The position numbers and the translations under genes are program-made. From NCBI GenBank assembly GCA_021799275.1, contig JAJZAT010000018.1:661-64660 (forward strand): a stretch of DNA of 64,000 nucleotides, written 5' to 3'. Under the pieces are notes generated by a model. That model did no database searches. It saw only the letters and a list, made by a program, of their open reading frames with translations, and had not been told where the DNA came from. The DNA comes from Bacillota bacterium. GTDB taxonomy: Bacteria > Bacillota > Sulfobacillia > JAJZYS01 > JAJYTV01. Below are positions 1 to 8,469 of the stretch, piece after piece. Position 1 is the first letter of the stretch, and each line of letters starts with the position of its first letter.

Positions 1-98
1 ACGTATTCGCTGACGATCTCGAAGCCCTGCGCCGCTGCGAACTCGCGCAAGGGCAGCAGCTGCGTCTGCGGGTCCTGATTCTTATCTGCGGTCGAGAC
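1..98 (-). pseudogene. Serine recombinase (resolvase family), 3' portion; split by transposon, continues off window edge
   Basis: Minus strand from 98 reads VSTADKNQDPQTQLLPLREFAAAQGFEIVSEY, typical sequence after the catalytic Ser of resolvases; an in-frame TAA from the insertion precedes it. Confidence 0.85.
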
Positions 99-114
99 TT
101 ATCCGGCCAATCCG
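99..114 (+). repeat. Left terminal inverted repeat of transposon
   Basis: ttatccggccaatccg; 15/16 match to the reverse complement of 6847-6862. Confidence 0.85.
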
Positions 115-233
115 TGAGCAGGCTCGTGCATACCCACCCGCACACCCATTCCGTCATCCAAAGGGGCTTACGTTGACAGTGATCAGGACACCCTGCGTGT
201 CTTGCATGATCTATTTCGCCTGTGACAGGCACG

Positions 234-1412
234 TCATGGCGAGACAATCAGCTCCCGAACTCCGTGCGACGTACCCAGGATCAGAACCTGGGCGCCGGTG
301 ATCTGCGACCAGCCTCTGTCAAGCGAGGCGGGCTCATTGAGCCTGTATGGGGGCGCGTCAAAGGTGCTGAGGTTGGCGTAGATGAGCTTGCGATGTTCAA
401 GGGGGAAGTTCACGACCATCGTCGTAGGGTCGTCGTAGGGCAGGTAGGCGAAGAAGCCTGGTCCGACACCGAGCAGCGATCCATGGACGTACCATGTCGT
501 GATCCGGCTTGACCCAGGCACCTCGCGCACTACGCGCCAGAAGTACTCGAGGTACGCCGTCGGCCTCGGCACCGACAGCCAAAGGCTACCATCTCCAGCG
601 ATGACCGGGCTACCCTCGGCGTCCCTCAGATAGGGTACACGACCGAGAGGGACCCAACGGGCACTGGTCAGCGACCAGCGAAAGACGTCAGCCCATCTGC
701 TGGAAGTGCCCGACGGAAAGTGCATCTCATAGAGGGTGTCGTCCTCGCCGGTCATCTCGACTGAGTAGTCATAGGGATAGTCATTTGAGACGGGTTGCAC
801 CTGCTGCTGGGGAGGCACGCTCTTCCCCGTGCGCAGGTCGATAGTGCCCTCGCCGTAGTCGACAGGCGGCTCCGAATTCAGTGCGACGGACCAACTCAAC
901 TGGCCCTTGGTTCCTCCGATCTGCCCCGTCGATACGACTACGCGAGCGAGCGGTACGGGGATCCGCACAGGCAGGGGTATTGCCTGAACGGCCCCCTGCG
1001 GGGTGACGAGGTCGAGCGCGTTCGCACGAGATCCTACGGGTCCTGCACAGACCAGGACCGCTTCCGGTCCGCGCGACTGCGCGAACAATGGTTGCTGCAC
1101 ACAAGGGAGCGTCTCGAGTGCCCTCCAGTCTGATCGGCCGAGCGTCTTCGTAGATAGCACGTAGGGTTTGTCGGTGGAGACGCGCAGCAAGGTGTCAGGA
1201 CCCGAGAGCGCATAGGCACCAACCCTTGGGAAGGCCTGCCCGACGACGGCTGCCGGCAGGTTCGCCGCGCGCACTGTGAACGGTCCGACATGCGTCAGCT
1301 GCGACTCGCGTTCCCTGAGCCTATGTGGCGCAGGCGCCCCGCAAGCCGCGAGCAGCACCGCTACCAAAGTGACTGGTAGCCAGGGAACAGCACGAAGAGC
1401 TTGCATTAGCAC
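234..1412 (-). CDS. Hypothetical lipoprotein (transposon cargo)
   Basis: 392 aa ORF, GAGGTGG RBS, lipobox LLAAC after a hydrophobic N-terminus. Confidence 0.7.
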   Translation of the reverse strand: MLMQALRAVPWLPVTLVAVLLAACGAPAPHRLRERESQLTHVGPFTVRAANLPAAVVGQAFPRVGAYALSGPDTLLRVSTDKPYVLSTKTLGRSDWRALETLPCVQQPLFAQSRGPEAVLVCAGPVGSRANALDLVTPQGAVQAIPLPVRIPVPLARVVVSTGQIGGTKGQLSWSVALNSEPPVDYGEGTIDLRTGKSVPPQQQVQPVSNDYPYDYSVEMTGEDDTLYEMHFPSGTSSRWADVFRWSLTSARWVPLGRVPYLRDAEGSPVIAGDGSLWLSVPRPTAYLEYFWRVVREVPGSSRITTWYVHGSLLGVGPGFFAYLPYDDPTTMVVNFPLEHRKLIYANLSTFDAPPYRLNEPASLDRGWSQITGAQVLILGTSHGVRELIVSP

Positions 1413-1441
1413 GCCACCTCAATCCTTATGAATCAACAACT

Positions 1442-2077
1442 CTACTGTGGAATAAGAGAACCTGTCGACTTAGCGCTAGGGAACCCATAAGTTGGTACGC
1501 TGCCTTGCGAGGCAGGCGAGTCGCCGGCCCAATGACGGTACGGGTGACGGAATGGTGTCAACCACAAATGTTTGGTCGGCGCAAAGTTCGGCAATCAACG
1601 ACTACGTAGGCCAGTGGCAGACAAACCTCCAGACATACATAACGACTCCGCACCCGATTCACGAGGAACTCAAGGTGACAGCAACCTTGAATTCTGACGG
1701 ACAGATCGATCCCGGCTCGGTCCAAGTGTTTGAGCTGGCAGATGAGCTCGGCGATGGAGCCCCGTAGCCGCAGTGCTGGCGGCTAGCAAACCCTTCATGA
1801 TGGGTACGTCGGCTGGCGTAGCATAGTTTAGGAGATGCGTTTGGGTCACTACGTACTCAGCCGTGATCGTGGTGGATGTCTGCGACAATGAGGTCTGAGC
1901 GAGTGACTGGCTGTCGATGGTCCAGTGGCGTACACCGGCCTCCTGCGCAAGGAAGTTGTCCGCCGCTGACTCCAATGCGGAAGTCGCCGGTGCAGCAGCG
2001 GTGGCCCCAACGGCTCCGATTGCGACCGACAGCACCAGGGACAAAGCTCCTATGAGCGAGCCGAACTTCTTGTCCAC
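1442..2077 (-). pseudogene. Secreted protein disrupted by an internal inversion (1568-1755)
   Basis: GTG at 2077 with AGGAGG RBS and a signal peptide; the plus-strand fragment (SAQSSAINDY...ELG) reads as its continuation; re-inversion gives one 211 aa ORF. Confidence 0.6.
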
Positions 2078-2163
2078 TGTAGTTCCTCCTCTACGTTTGG
2101 GCCACATGCACATACGGACGCAAGTTGCCACACCTCGGTGATGAAACCACCTCTACGACCAAA

Positions 2164-2340
2164 TCATCCCTGGGGAATGAGCGGACCCGGACCCCCTGGC
2201 GCGTTGCCGCAGGGACCGACACCCCCAGTCGCCGTCACCGAACTCGGCGCCGCTCCGATGGCCTGCACCGCCGACGCCGTCTGCACCGGCAGCAGGAAGC
2301 TTGCAACCCAAAGAAGCGCCAACAGACTTGCCCGCCGCAC
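2164..2340 (-). CDS. Small secreted peptide (58 aa), candidate signalling propeptide
   Basis: GTG at 2340, AAGGCGG RBS-like motif; MRRASLLALLWVASFLLPVQTASA signal peptide plus Gly/Pro-rich tail; divergent from the HTH-TPR regulator. Confidence 0.6.
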   Translation of the reverse strand: MRRASLLALLWVASFLLPVQTASAVQAIGAAPSSVTATGGVGPCGNAPGGPGPLIPQG

Positions 2341-2447
2341 CCTTCCACCCGCCTTCCATGGAAATTCCTGCAGGGGAAGCATGGAGCCGCGGCGAAAGAA
2401 TGTAAATCTTGTTAGCTCTCCAATTTGGTCACACTTGGAGGACTGCC

Positions 2448-3653
2448 ATGCTTGGGCGAGTTCTTCGAGACCACCGGGTCCGGACAGGGCTGAAAGTCGC
2501 CCAGCTTGCGGCTTTGGCGGGGATCCGGCGCGAGACCCTGTCCAGGATCGAAGCGGGTCGCACCCGGGTGGCTGCGGACACCCTCATTAAGCTCACCGAT
2601 TTAATCACGGTTCCGCCAACGGAGTGGGTCAGGCCATGGGTGGAAGAAGAGACCAGTCTCCGCGCTCTACTCTTCATCACCAGGCATCTCATCGACCGGG
2701 GAGAACTTGGTAGCGTCCGCCTCATCTTCGACCGCGTCCGGACCTTGGCACGGCTCAGCCCCAATCACCTCCGCGGCGAGGTCTACCACCAATGGGGGCG
2801 GTACGCCTACGCAGTGGGCTCCTATGGGCGAGCGCTCCACTGGATGAGGCTGGCGGAACGTTCGGCCACGCAATCGTCGGATCCCTATGAAAGGGCCGTT
2901 GCGACGTACAACCGTGCCCTCGCTCTAAGCAGGACGCGCACCATCGCACAGACCGTCGCGAAGTTTGACGCGGCGAGCTCGGGGTTCCAGGACATTGCTC
3001 ACCGGCGCGAACGTGCTTATGCCCAACTGGAACGGGCGAGCTTTCTCTTGAGGATGGGCTCCTATCGCGAGGCGCTGGCAGACTACCGCCACGCCGCCGG
3101 GGATCTGCGCGCCACGCCGTGGTTCTTCGACTGCCGACTTGGCCAAATCATCTGCATCTCCCAGGTCCGCTCTATCAAGACAGCGGCCGGGATTATGCCT
3201 GCGCTCAGTAGCTTGGCGAATGACCCCGAGCGGCAGGCGATGTTTCATCACAACTTCGCAGTCTTCTGTCGACAGCTTGGGCTGCTCGACTGCGCATTGA
3301 CGCATCTGTCCGCGGCGTTGGAAACTGGGACCTCAGACGCCTCGTCGACTGCAGCGACGTTGGCTGAGGCCTGCCTCTGCCGGATCATGGCCGGCGATCA
3401 CCCCGGAGCGCTGCTCGCGTTGGCTCGTTTTGAGTCCCTTCAGGGTTCGAAGGATCCCCAGGACCTTTGGACGATGGCGGCCCTGTCGTTCGTCTTGCGA
3501 GGGGCTTCGCTGGCTATGCCCTCACTGCCCGAGTCACTACGGGATGATCACGAGCACCGTTTAGGAACGGCACTATCGCTGCTGTTGTCCTTCGGTCATG
3601 CCAGTTCGCGAGCGAGTGACAAGGAACTTATCCATCAAGCTAGCAATCACTGA
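2448..3653 (+). CDS. XRE-type HTH plus TPR-repeat transcriptional regulator (RRNPP-like architecture)
   Basis: GGAGG RBS, ATG 2448; HTH LAALAGIRRETLSRIEAG followed by helical TPR-like repeats. Confidence 0.8.
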   Translation: MLGRVLRDHRVRTGLKVAQLAALAGIRRETLSRIEAGRTRVAADTLIKLTDLITVPPTEWVRPWVEEETSLRALLFITRHLIDRGELGSVRLIFDRVRTLARLSPNHLRGEVYHQWGRYAYAVGSYGRALHWMRLAERSATQSSDPYERAVATYNRALALSRTRTIAQTVAKFDAASSGFQDIAHRRERAYAQLERASFLLRMGSYREALADYRHAAGDLRATPWFFDCRLGQIICISQVRSIKTAAGIMPALSSLANDPERQAMFHHNFAVFCRQLGLLDCALTHLSAALETGTSDASSTAATLAEACLCRIMAGDHPGALLALARFESLQGSKDPQDLWTMAALSFVLRGASLAMPSLPESLRDDHEHRLGTALSLLLSFGHASSRASDKELIHQASNH

Positions 3654-5656
3654 TCGAGCAGGACCTTGTCACCATGATGCGCCGCTTCTGTTCCTGTAGG
3701 ATCGGCCGGGCTCTTTAGAAGCGCCTGCAGATTGTCCGCCACATTCTTGTGCCGCCGGACTTCCGTCTCCCAGCCACGCATCGTCGCGTCCCGGATGAGC
3801 AGCGTGACGTCTTCCAGCTGGCGCCGGATCGTCTCCTGCTCCTCCAACAGCGGCAAGAAGGCCGGACAGCGTTCGCAGACGTTGGCGACTGGACAGGCCT
3901 GCTGCGCTAGCTCGCGCAGGCAGTAGCCGTGGGCGAGTCGGGTCTTGAGCTTGCCGCTCTCAATCCAGTTGGAGTCCGGCTCCTCCTTGGATGCGGCCGC
4001 CGCAACCTCGACCATCGCCGGCGAGTACTGGCTCTTCGCTGCGCTGAGCGCTGCCTCGTACTGCTGGCGTACGGTCGCGTCGAAGAGGTTGCCGTAGCGC
4101 AGGCTCATCGTCGCGCTGACGTGTCCGAGCAGCCGCATCAGTGCCGGCAGGCTGATGCCGGCGTTGATCAGGGCCGTCGCGTAGGTGTGGCGGAACTGGT
4201 GGGGGCTGATGTGGATCGGCCGCCCCTTCGCGTCCACGAGGCCGGCAGTCAGCACTGCGCGCCGCAGGGTGTTTCGAATCAGGGCAACGCTGATGCGCCG
4301 GCCGTAGCGCATGAACAGAAACTCGGTGGGGCTGCCGGTCTCGGGGTGCGGCAGCGGCCGCACGGCGCCTCGTGCCTGCGCGACAGCGTCGAACATCGCC
4401 ACCGTCTCCTCGTCGATCGGCACCATGCGCTCCGTGCGCAGCTTGCCGAGCGGCACCTTGAGCCAGGCTCCCTGGCCCGGCACCTGGTGCACGCAGTCGA
4501 GTTCGAGGTTTAGGAGTTCGCCGACGCGCAGTCCCGTGGCGCGCAGGATCTCCAGCGGGTAGCGCTGGAAGGGGGCCTGCAGCGTGTGGATCGCGGCCAT
4601 CAGCCGCGCTTCCTGCTCATGCGGGATGAAGCGTGGCAGGGGCTTGTCCCGTTTCGGGACGTCGCTCGCGAAGAGCAGCCGCCTCTTGGGCGCCTCCGCC
4701 CAGCCCCATTCGGTGATGGTGTCGAGAAAGTACTTGACGTCCAGCACTGCGTGCTGACGGTCTCGCGCGCTGTAGCGCTGCGGCGCGCCGCCTGGCGGCG
4801 TCCACTCGCGCGTCGCGTTCCAGATGAGGTACGGCTCGATGTGCGCGTCCCGGCGCAGATCACCGACGTTCTCCACCTCAGGGTGGTGCTCCGCGAGGTA
4901 GCGGGCGAACGGCACGAGCAAGTGGCAGTAGCCGATCACCGTCGAGGCGCGCCGCGTCGTGGCCATCTGTTCGACGTAGCGCAGCATCGTGGCCTTCAAC
5001 CCCGGCTGCGGCACGCCTTGGAGGTAGCCGGCCCACGAGTGCTCACGCGCGTGGCCGTGGGGCGTGGGCTGCTCGAAGACTCCCAGGTGGTAGAGCACGG
5101 TCTCCGCCGCGAAGACGTGCAGGCGCCAGTAGCCGCCGTCGCGACCCGTCTCCCGCTCCCAGACCTCCGTGGCCCTGCGGAACTCCCGAAAGTCTTCGGG
5201 TGTCAACTCGCGCAGGCGCTTGCCGGTCTGCACCAGAACGCGCATCAGCACCTCAGTCAGCAGGCTTTGGATCAGAAAGGGGGTGAACCCGAGCTGCGGG
5301 GCGATCGCGGTCACCGCGGCGACGTCCTCCGCGTAGGGCGAGTGCGGCGCCAGCCGCACGAGCTGCGGATGGTGCGAGAAGAGGTAGGCGTAACCGGGCC
5401 TCAGGTGACTGTGCAGGAGCAGATAAGAGACGAACGAGTTCTCACTTTGTAGGAGGTCCCCAAGCGCCGTGGCCACCGTGGGGCTTTGCCAGTCGAGACC
5501 GTCGAGGCGGTCAAGCAGCGCCCTCGCGCCGCGCATGCGCTGGTACCTGGACTGGTACGAAAGGCCGAGCCTCAGGGTGAAGTCCGCGTAGTCTGCGAGT
5601 ATCGCGGCGGCGTCCGGACGGGTTGGTACTTCCGTCTTGGCTCTACTCGCCGCCAT
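3647..5656 (-). CDS. Large tyrosine recombinase, Tn554 TnpB-like
   Basis: TGLRVGE, HQFRH, LGH..Y catalytic motifs; C-terminal LAHGYC...C...NVCERCPAF Cys motif. Confidence 0.9.
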   Translation of the reverse strand: MAASRAKTEVPTRPDAAAILADYADFTLRLGLSYQSRYQRMRGARALLDRLDGLDWQSPTVATALGDLLQSENSFVSYLLLHSHLRPGYAYLFSHHPQLVRLAPHSPYAEDVAAVTAIAPQLGFTPFLIQSLLTEVLMRVLVQTGKRLRELTPEDFREFRRATEVWERETGRDGGYWRLHVFAAETVLYHLGVFEQPTPHGHAREHSWAGYLQGVPQPGLKATMLRYVEQMATTRRASTVIGYCHLLVPFARYLAEHHPEVENVGDLRRDAHIEPYLIWNATREWTPPGGAPQRYSARDRQHAVLDVKYFLDTITEWGWAEAPKRRLLFASDVPKRDKPLPRFIPHEQEARLMAAIHTLQAPFQRYPLEILRATGLRVGELLNLELDCVHQVPGQGAWLKVPLGKLRTERMVPIDEETVAMFDAVAQARGAVRPLPHPETGSPTEFLFMRYGRRISVALIRNTLRRAVLTAGLVDAKGRPIHISPHQFRHTYATALINAGISLPALMRLLGHVSATMSLRYGNLFDATVRQQYEAALSAAKSQYSPAMVEVAAAASKEEPDSNWIESGKLKTRLAHGYCLRELAQQACPVANVCERCPAFLPLLEEQETIRRQLEDVTLLIRDATMRGWETEVRRHKNVADNLQALLKSPADPTGTEAAHHGDKVLLDQ

Positions 5657-6734
5657 GCTGTTCACCCGCCTTCACGCGTTGGAGAGCCCGGTCGTACTCC
5701 TCGCGCAGGTGCTGTGCCGTGAGGTGGATGTAGACGAGGCTGCTCTCGATGTGGGCGTGGCCCATGAGGTCCCGCAGCACATGCGCGTCGACGCCGGCCT
5801 GCGCCAGATTGGTCGCGTAGGTGTGCCGCAGGCGATGAGGGTTCCCTGACGGCACGCCCGACCGCAGGCGGTGGTAGCGGAAGATCCGGCGCAGTCCCGC
5901 GGGCATCAGGGGCCTCCCACGGTGGGGACCCTTGGCAGCGAGGAAGATCTGGGGTTCCTCCGACTCCGGTCGCTCGTAGAGGATGTAGCGCTGCACGAGC
6001 CGCAGGGCATCTGCGTCCATCGGCACCACCCGCTCGCGTCCGCCCTTGCCCCAGACGCGCACCTTGCCGCCGGGGAGGTCGAGGTCCTCCATCTGCAGGC
6101 TCAGTAGTTCGCTCGAACGCAGGCCGCCGTACAGCATGAGGAGCGCGATGGCCTTGTCCCGCAGCGTGCGAAAGCTCCCAACGAGACGCTCCACCTCGGC
6201 CGGGCTGAGGCTTCGCGGCAGCCGCTGCGGGGCTTTCAGGCGCAGCTCGCTCCTCGTGACGCGCCGCCGGATGTGGCCGAGGAGCCCGTAGGGCGCTACC
6301 GCCCAGGCGCGGCTCACCTGCCCATGCGGCACCGGATTGCGAGGCATGCTCTCCGGATCGATGCGCAAAAGGTGCTCGTAGAAGCCGTAGATCGCCGCAA
6401 GGCGGCGGTTGATCGTCGCAACCGCGACGCCGCCGGCGCGGCCGTCCTGCAGGCGGTAGACGTTCCTGCCTGGCCGCTGCGGGTTCTCGCGCCGCTTCTC
6501 CCACTCGATGTACCCGAGGAGATCCTGGGTCGTGACCTCCTGGACCTCCTTGCCGGTCGCCTCGAGCCAGCGCCAGAAGGCGAGCAGGTCGTAGGCATAG
6601 GCGCGCACGGTGTGGCGCGAAAACCCGCGCGTCGCGACGTAGCGCAGGTATCCGGCGATGGCCTCGACCTCGTTGCCCACCTCGTCCACGACTGCCCAGA
6701 ACGGCTCCTCTTCGCGTCCCACTACCCGGAGCAT
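5643..6734 (-). CDS. Tyrosine recombinase, Tn554 TnpA-like
   Basis: GLRSSE, GKGGRER, HRLRH, MGHA..Y motifs; overlaps the downstream recombinase; ATG 6734. Confidence 0.9.
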   Translation of the reverse strand: MLRVVGREEEPFWAVVDEVGNEVEAIAGYLRYVATRGFSRHTVRAYAYDLLAFWRWLEATGKEVQEVTTQDLLGYIEWEKRRENPQRPGRNVYRLQDGRAGGVAVATINRRLAAIYGFYEHLLRIDPESMPRNPVPHGQVSRAWAVAPYGLLGHIRRRVTRSELRLKAPQRLPRSLSPAEVERLVGSFRTLRDKAIALLMLYGGLRSSELLSLQMEDLDLPGGKVRVWGKGGRERVVPMDADALRLVQRYILYERPESEEPQIFLAAKGPHRGRPLMPAGLRRIFRYHRLRSGVPSGNPHRLRHTYATNLAQAGVDAHVLRDLMGHAHIESSLVYIHLTAQHLREEYDRALQRVKAGEQHGGE

Positions 6735-6813
6735 GACGCACCCCCTCGCCCCCTGGTGCTTTCGGCCTACGGCCTCCGGCACCAGGGGAGCCTCCCGGAG
6801 CTCTCCCGAGGTC

Positions 6814-6842
6814 ATGCTATCCGCCTTGGAAGGAAGCGTCAA
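6814..6842 (-). promoter_or_regulatory. Sigma-A-like promoter for the transposon recombinases
   Basis: TTGACG-N17-TAGCAT just inside the right inverted repeat. Confidence 0.55.
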
Positions 6843-6846
6843 AGTC

Positions 6847-6862
6847 CGGATTGGCCGGTTAA
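6847..6862 (-). repeat. Right terminal inverted repeat of transposon
   Basis: cggattggccggttaa, followed by a 6-bp spacer ctgaac before the target resumes. Confidence 0.85.
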
Positions 6863-6868
6863 CTGAAC

Positions 6869-6892
6869 TCTCGCATAGATCGCGGTGCGCAC
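6869..6892 (-). pseudogene. Serine recombinase, 5' portion (MRTAIYAR)
   Basis: GGAGGG RBS, then GTG CGC ACC GCG ATC TAT GCG AGA; joins in frame to VST at position 98. Confidence 0.85.
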
Positions 6893-6904
6893 TGCCATCC
6901 CTCC

Positions 6905-6946
6905 AAAAGAAGTCGCGCCAGAACTCGCTACGGGCTTTCTGGCGCG
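6905..6946 (-). terminator. Intrinsic terminator-like hairpin
   Basis: CGCGCCAGAA...TTCTGGCGCG followed by ACTTCTTTT. Confidence 0.55.
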
Positions 6947-7021
6947 GGTGTGGCGCAACGGACATGCCAACGCACGCCGTCACCCCGGTTTGGGTGGCCC
7001 TCCACCCCGATTCGCCGTGGC

Positions 7022-7236
7022 TCACAGGGCGTAGAGCGCACTCAGCATCACGAACAGGGCCAAGGCCACATGCTGGAGGGCGTCCTTGGCGGACTCCACA
7101 GGCCGCGATGCGTCATACCCCCCGTCGATCCGTTCGAGAAGGAACCGGAGGAGCGGCTCGTCCACCTCGGCAAGGCTAGATCGGGATGGCCCCGATACGC
7201 CGCCCTCGCGACCTCCAGAAGCGCCTCTTTCGTCAC
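7022..7236 (-). pseudogene. Small hypothetical gene with apparent 1-nt frameshift
   Basis: MTKEALLEVARAAYRGHPD continues in another frame as SLAEVDEPLLRFLLERIDGG... Confidence 0.45.
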
Positions 7237-7255
7237 TCCTGCACAACCCCACTAA

Positions 7256-7291
7256 GACGACGAACGCCCCGCGTTGCCGCGGGGCGTCGTC
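7256..7291 (-). terminator. Terminator-like hairpin
   Basis: GACGACGCCCCGCG GCAA CGCGGGGCGTTCGTCGTC. Confidence 0.45.
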
Positions 7292-7365
7292 GCGGTCGGC
7301 GCCAGGAAGGCCCGACGTTGCGGAAGAAGCCACCGGTACTTGGCATCCAGCCGAGCGCGCTCCCG

Positions 7366-7710
7366 TTACCTCTCCAATACGGCGACCTCCCGGTGCTCGC
7401 GCGCGGCCACGTGCGCCCGCACTGCCTCCATCCGATCGATCATCTCGCCGGCGACCGCCTGGATCGCGGCACTCGCCTGCTTGACGAGCGCGGGCCCGCC
7501 TTCGTCCCGGCTCCAGTTGGCCACATAGCCGAAGCTGTAGTCCGACGTGTCGAGCCCGAAGCGGCTGCAAACCACGAAGGCCACACCCTCCGCCTCGGCC
7601 TCTTCCGTCGGGCGCCCTGGCTCCCGGCCGCGGCCGTGCTCCAGCAGGTGGTGCCCGAGTTCATGCGCGAGCGTCTTGGCCTGCTGGTCCGGCGCGATCG
7701 CGCTCTTGAT
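7366..7710 (-). pseudogene. ArdC/ImmA-IrrE-like metallopeptidase C-terminal fragment (5'-truncated)
   Basis: KTLAHELGH...EAEAEGVAFVVCSRFGLDTSDYSFGYVANW motif; no N-terminal domain or RBS. Confidence 0.75.
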
Positions 7711-7990
7711 CGTGCTGTGGGTGGTCATCACCATTCCAGGCTACGGCGTTGGCCTTGCGATGGTCGTCCTGAACCCGCTCCAAATCTGGGTCGGGGTCGT
7801 GCTTTCCTTCTCGGTGTGGGCGTCTCTCCATGGTCACACCTCGCCGGAGGAGTTTCATCTTCATCCAGCCGTGCTGGGGAGGCCAGGGGATGGCCGTGTG
7901 GTGGCCGTGCTGAAGCCGCTGACGATCCACGGAGAACCCGGCGCGATTGCAGGTCTCGGCGAAAATCTCAAAGGGTCCAGCCCAAGTTGA
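7709..7990 (+). pseudogene. Membrane protein fragment lacking its 5' end (start lies across the inversion at 10198)
   Basis: High-GC3 frame IVLWVVITIPG...GSSPS whose TGA overlaps the TTG start of the prepilin peptidase. Confidence 0.5.
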
Positions 7991-8427
7991 GCGTCTGGTG
8001 TTTTTGGACGATCTGGGCAGCGTTGCTGGCGGTCGGCGGAGTGGCGTCCTGGACGGACATTACGCGCCGGGTGATACCGAACCGCCTCCTGCTCGCCGGC
8101 GCACTCGCTGTCCTCGGCGTGGACGCGATCTCCGGGCGCATCCTTCCGGCCCTTGAGGGCGGAGCGCTACTGGGGGTGCTTGGCGTCGTTCTATGGATGA
8201 TGGGCTCTGGAGCGGGCGACGCGAAGTATCTGGCTCTTGTAGGCTTGGCGCTCGGACCTGTGATGGGGCTCGCGGCATGGTTTCTTGCCGCACTGACGGC
8301 GGTTCTCTGGCATCTGCCGACAGTCGTCCGCAAGGGCGTGAAGCTGGCAGTGGCCTTCGGTCCCTTCATCGCGTTCGGGTCAGTTCTGGCGCCTTTCCTC
8401 GTTCCGGTTCTCCTGCGAATGCCGTGA
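7987..8427 (+). CDS. A24 family prepilin peptidase
   Basis: WTDITRRVIPN and GAGDAK motifs, AFGPFI C-terminus, multiple TM segments. Confidence 0.85.
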   Translation: MSVWCFWTIWAALLAVGGVASWTDITRRVIPNRLLLAGALAVLGVDAISGRILPALEGGALLGVLGVVLWMMGSGAGDAKYLALVGLALGPVMGLAAWFLAALTAVLWHLPTVVRKGVKLAVAFGPFIAFGSVLAPFLVPVLLRMP

Positions 8428-8469
8428 GGACGGTGTCGGCCGGGCTACTCAGCGTCGGGTCGAGCAAGC

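Larger units (their letters stand above)
99..6868 (-). mobile_element. Tn554/RIT-like transposon with two tyrosine recombinases, inserted in a serine recombinase gene
   Basis: Terminal inverted repeats ttatccggccaatccg (99-114) and cggattggccggttaa (6847-6862); the flanks rejoin to MRTAIYAR|VSTADKNQ; encodes TnpA- and TnpB-like recombinases. Confidence 0.85.

Noticed and set aside
6735-7025. N-terminal extension of the TnpA-like ORF
   Set aside because: Crosses the transposon boundary and promoter; ATG 6734 is the likely start
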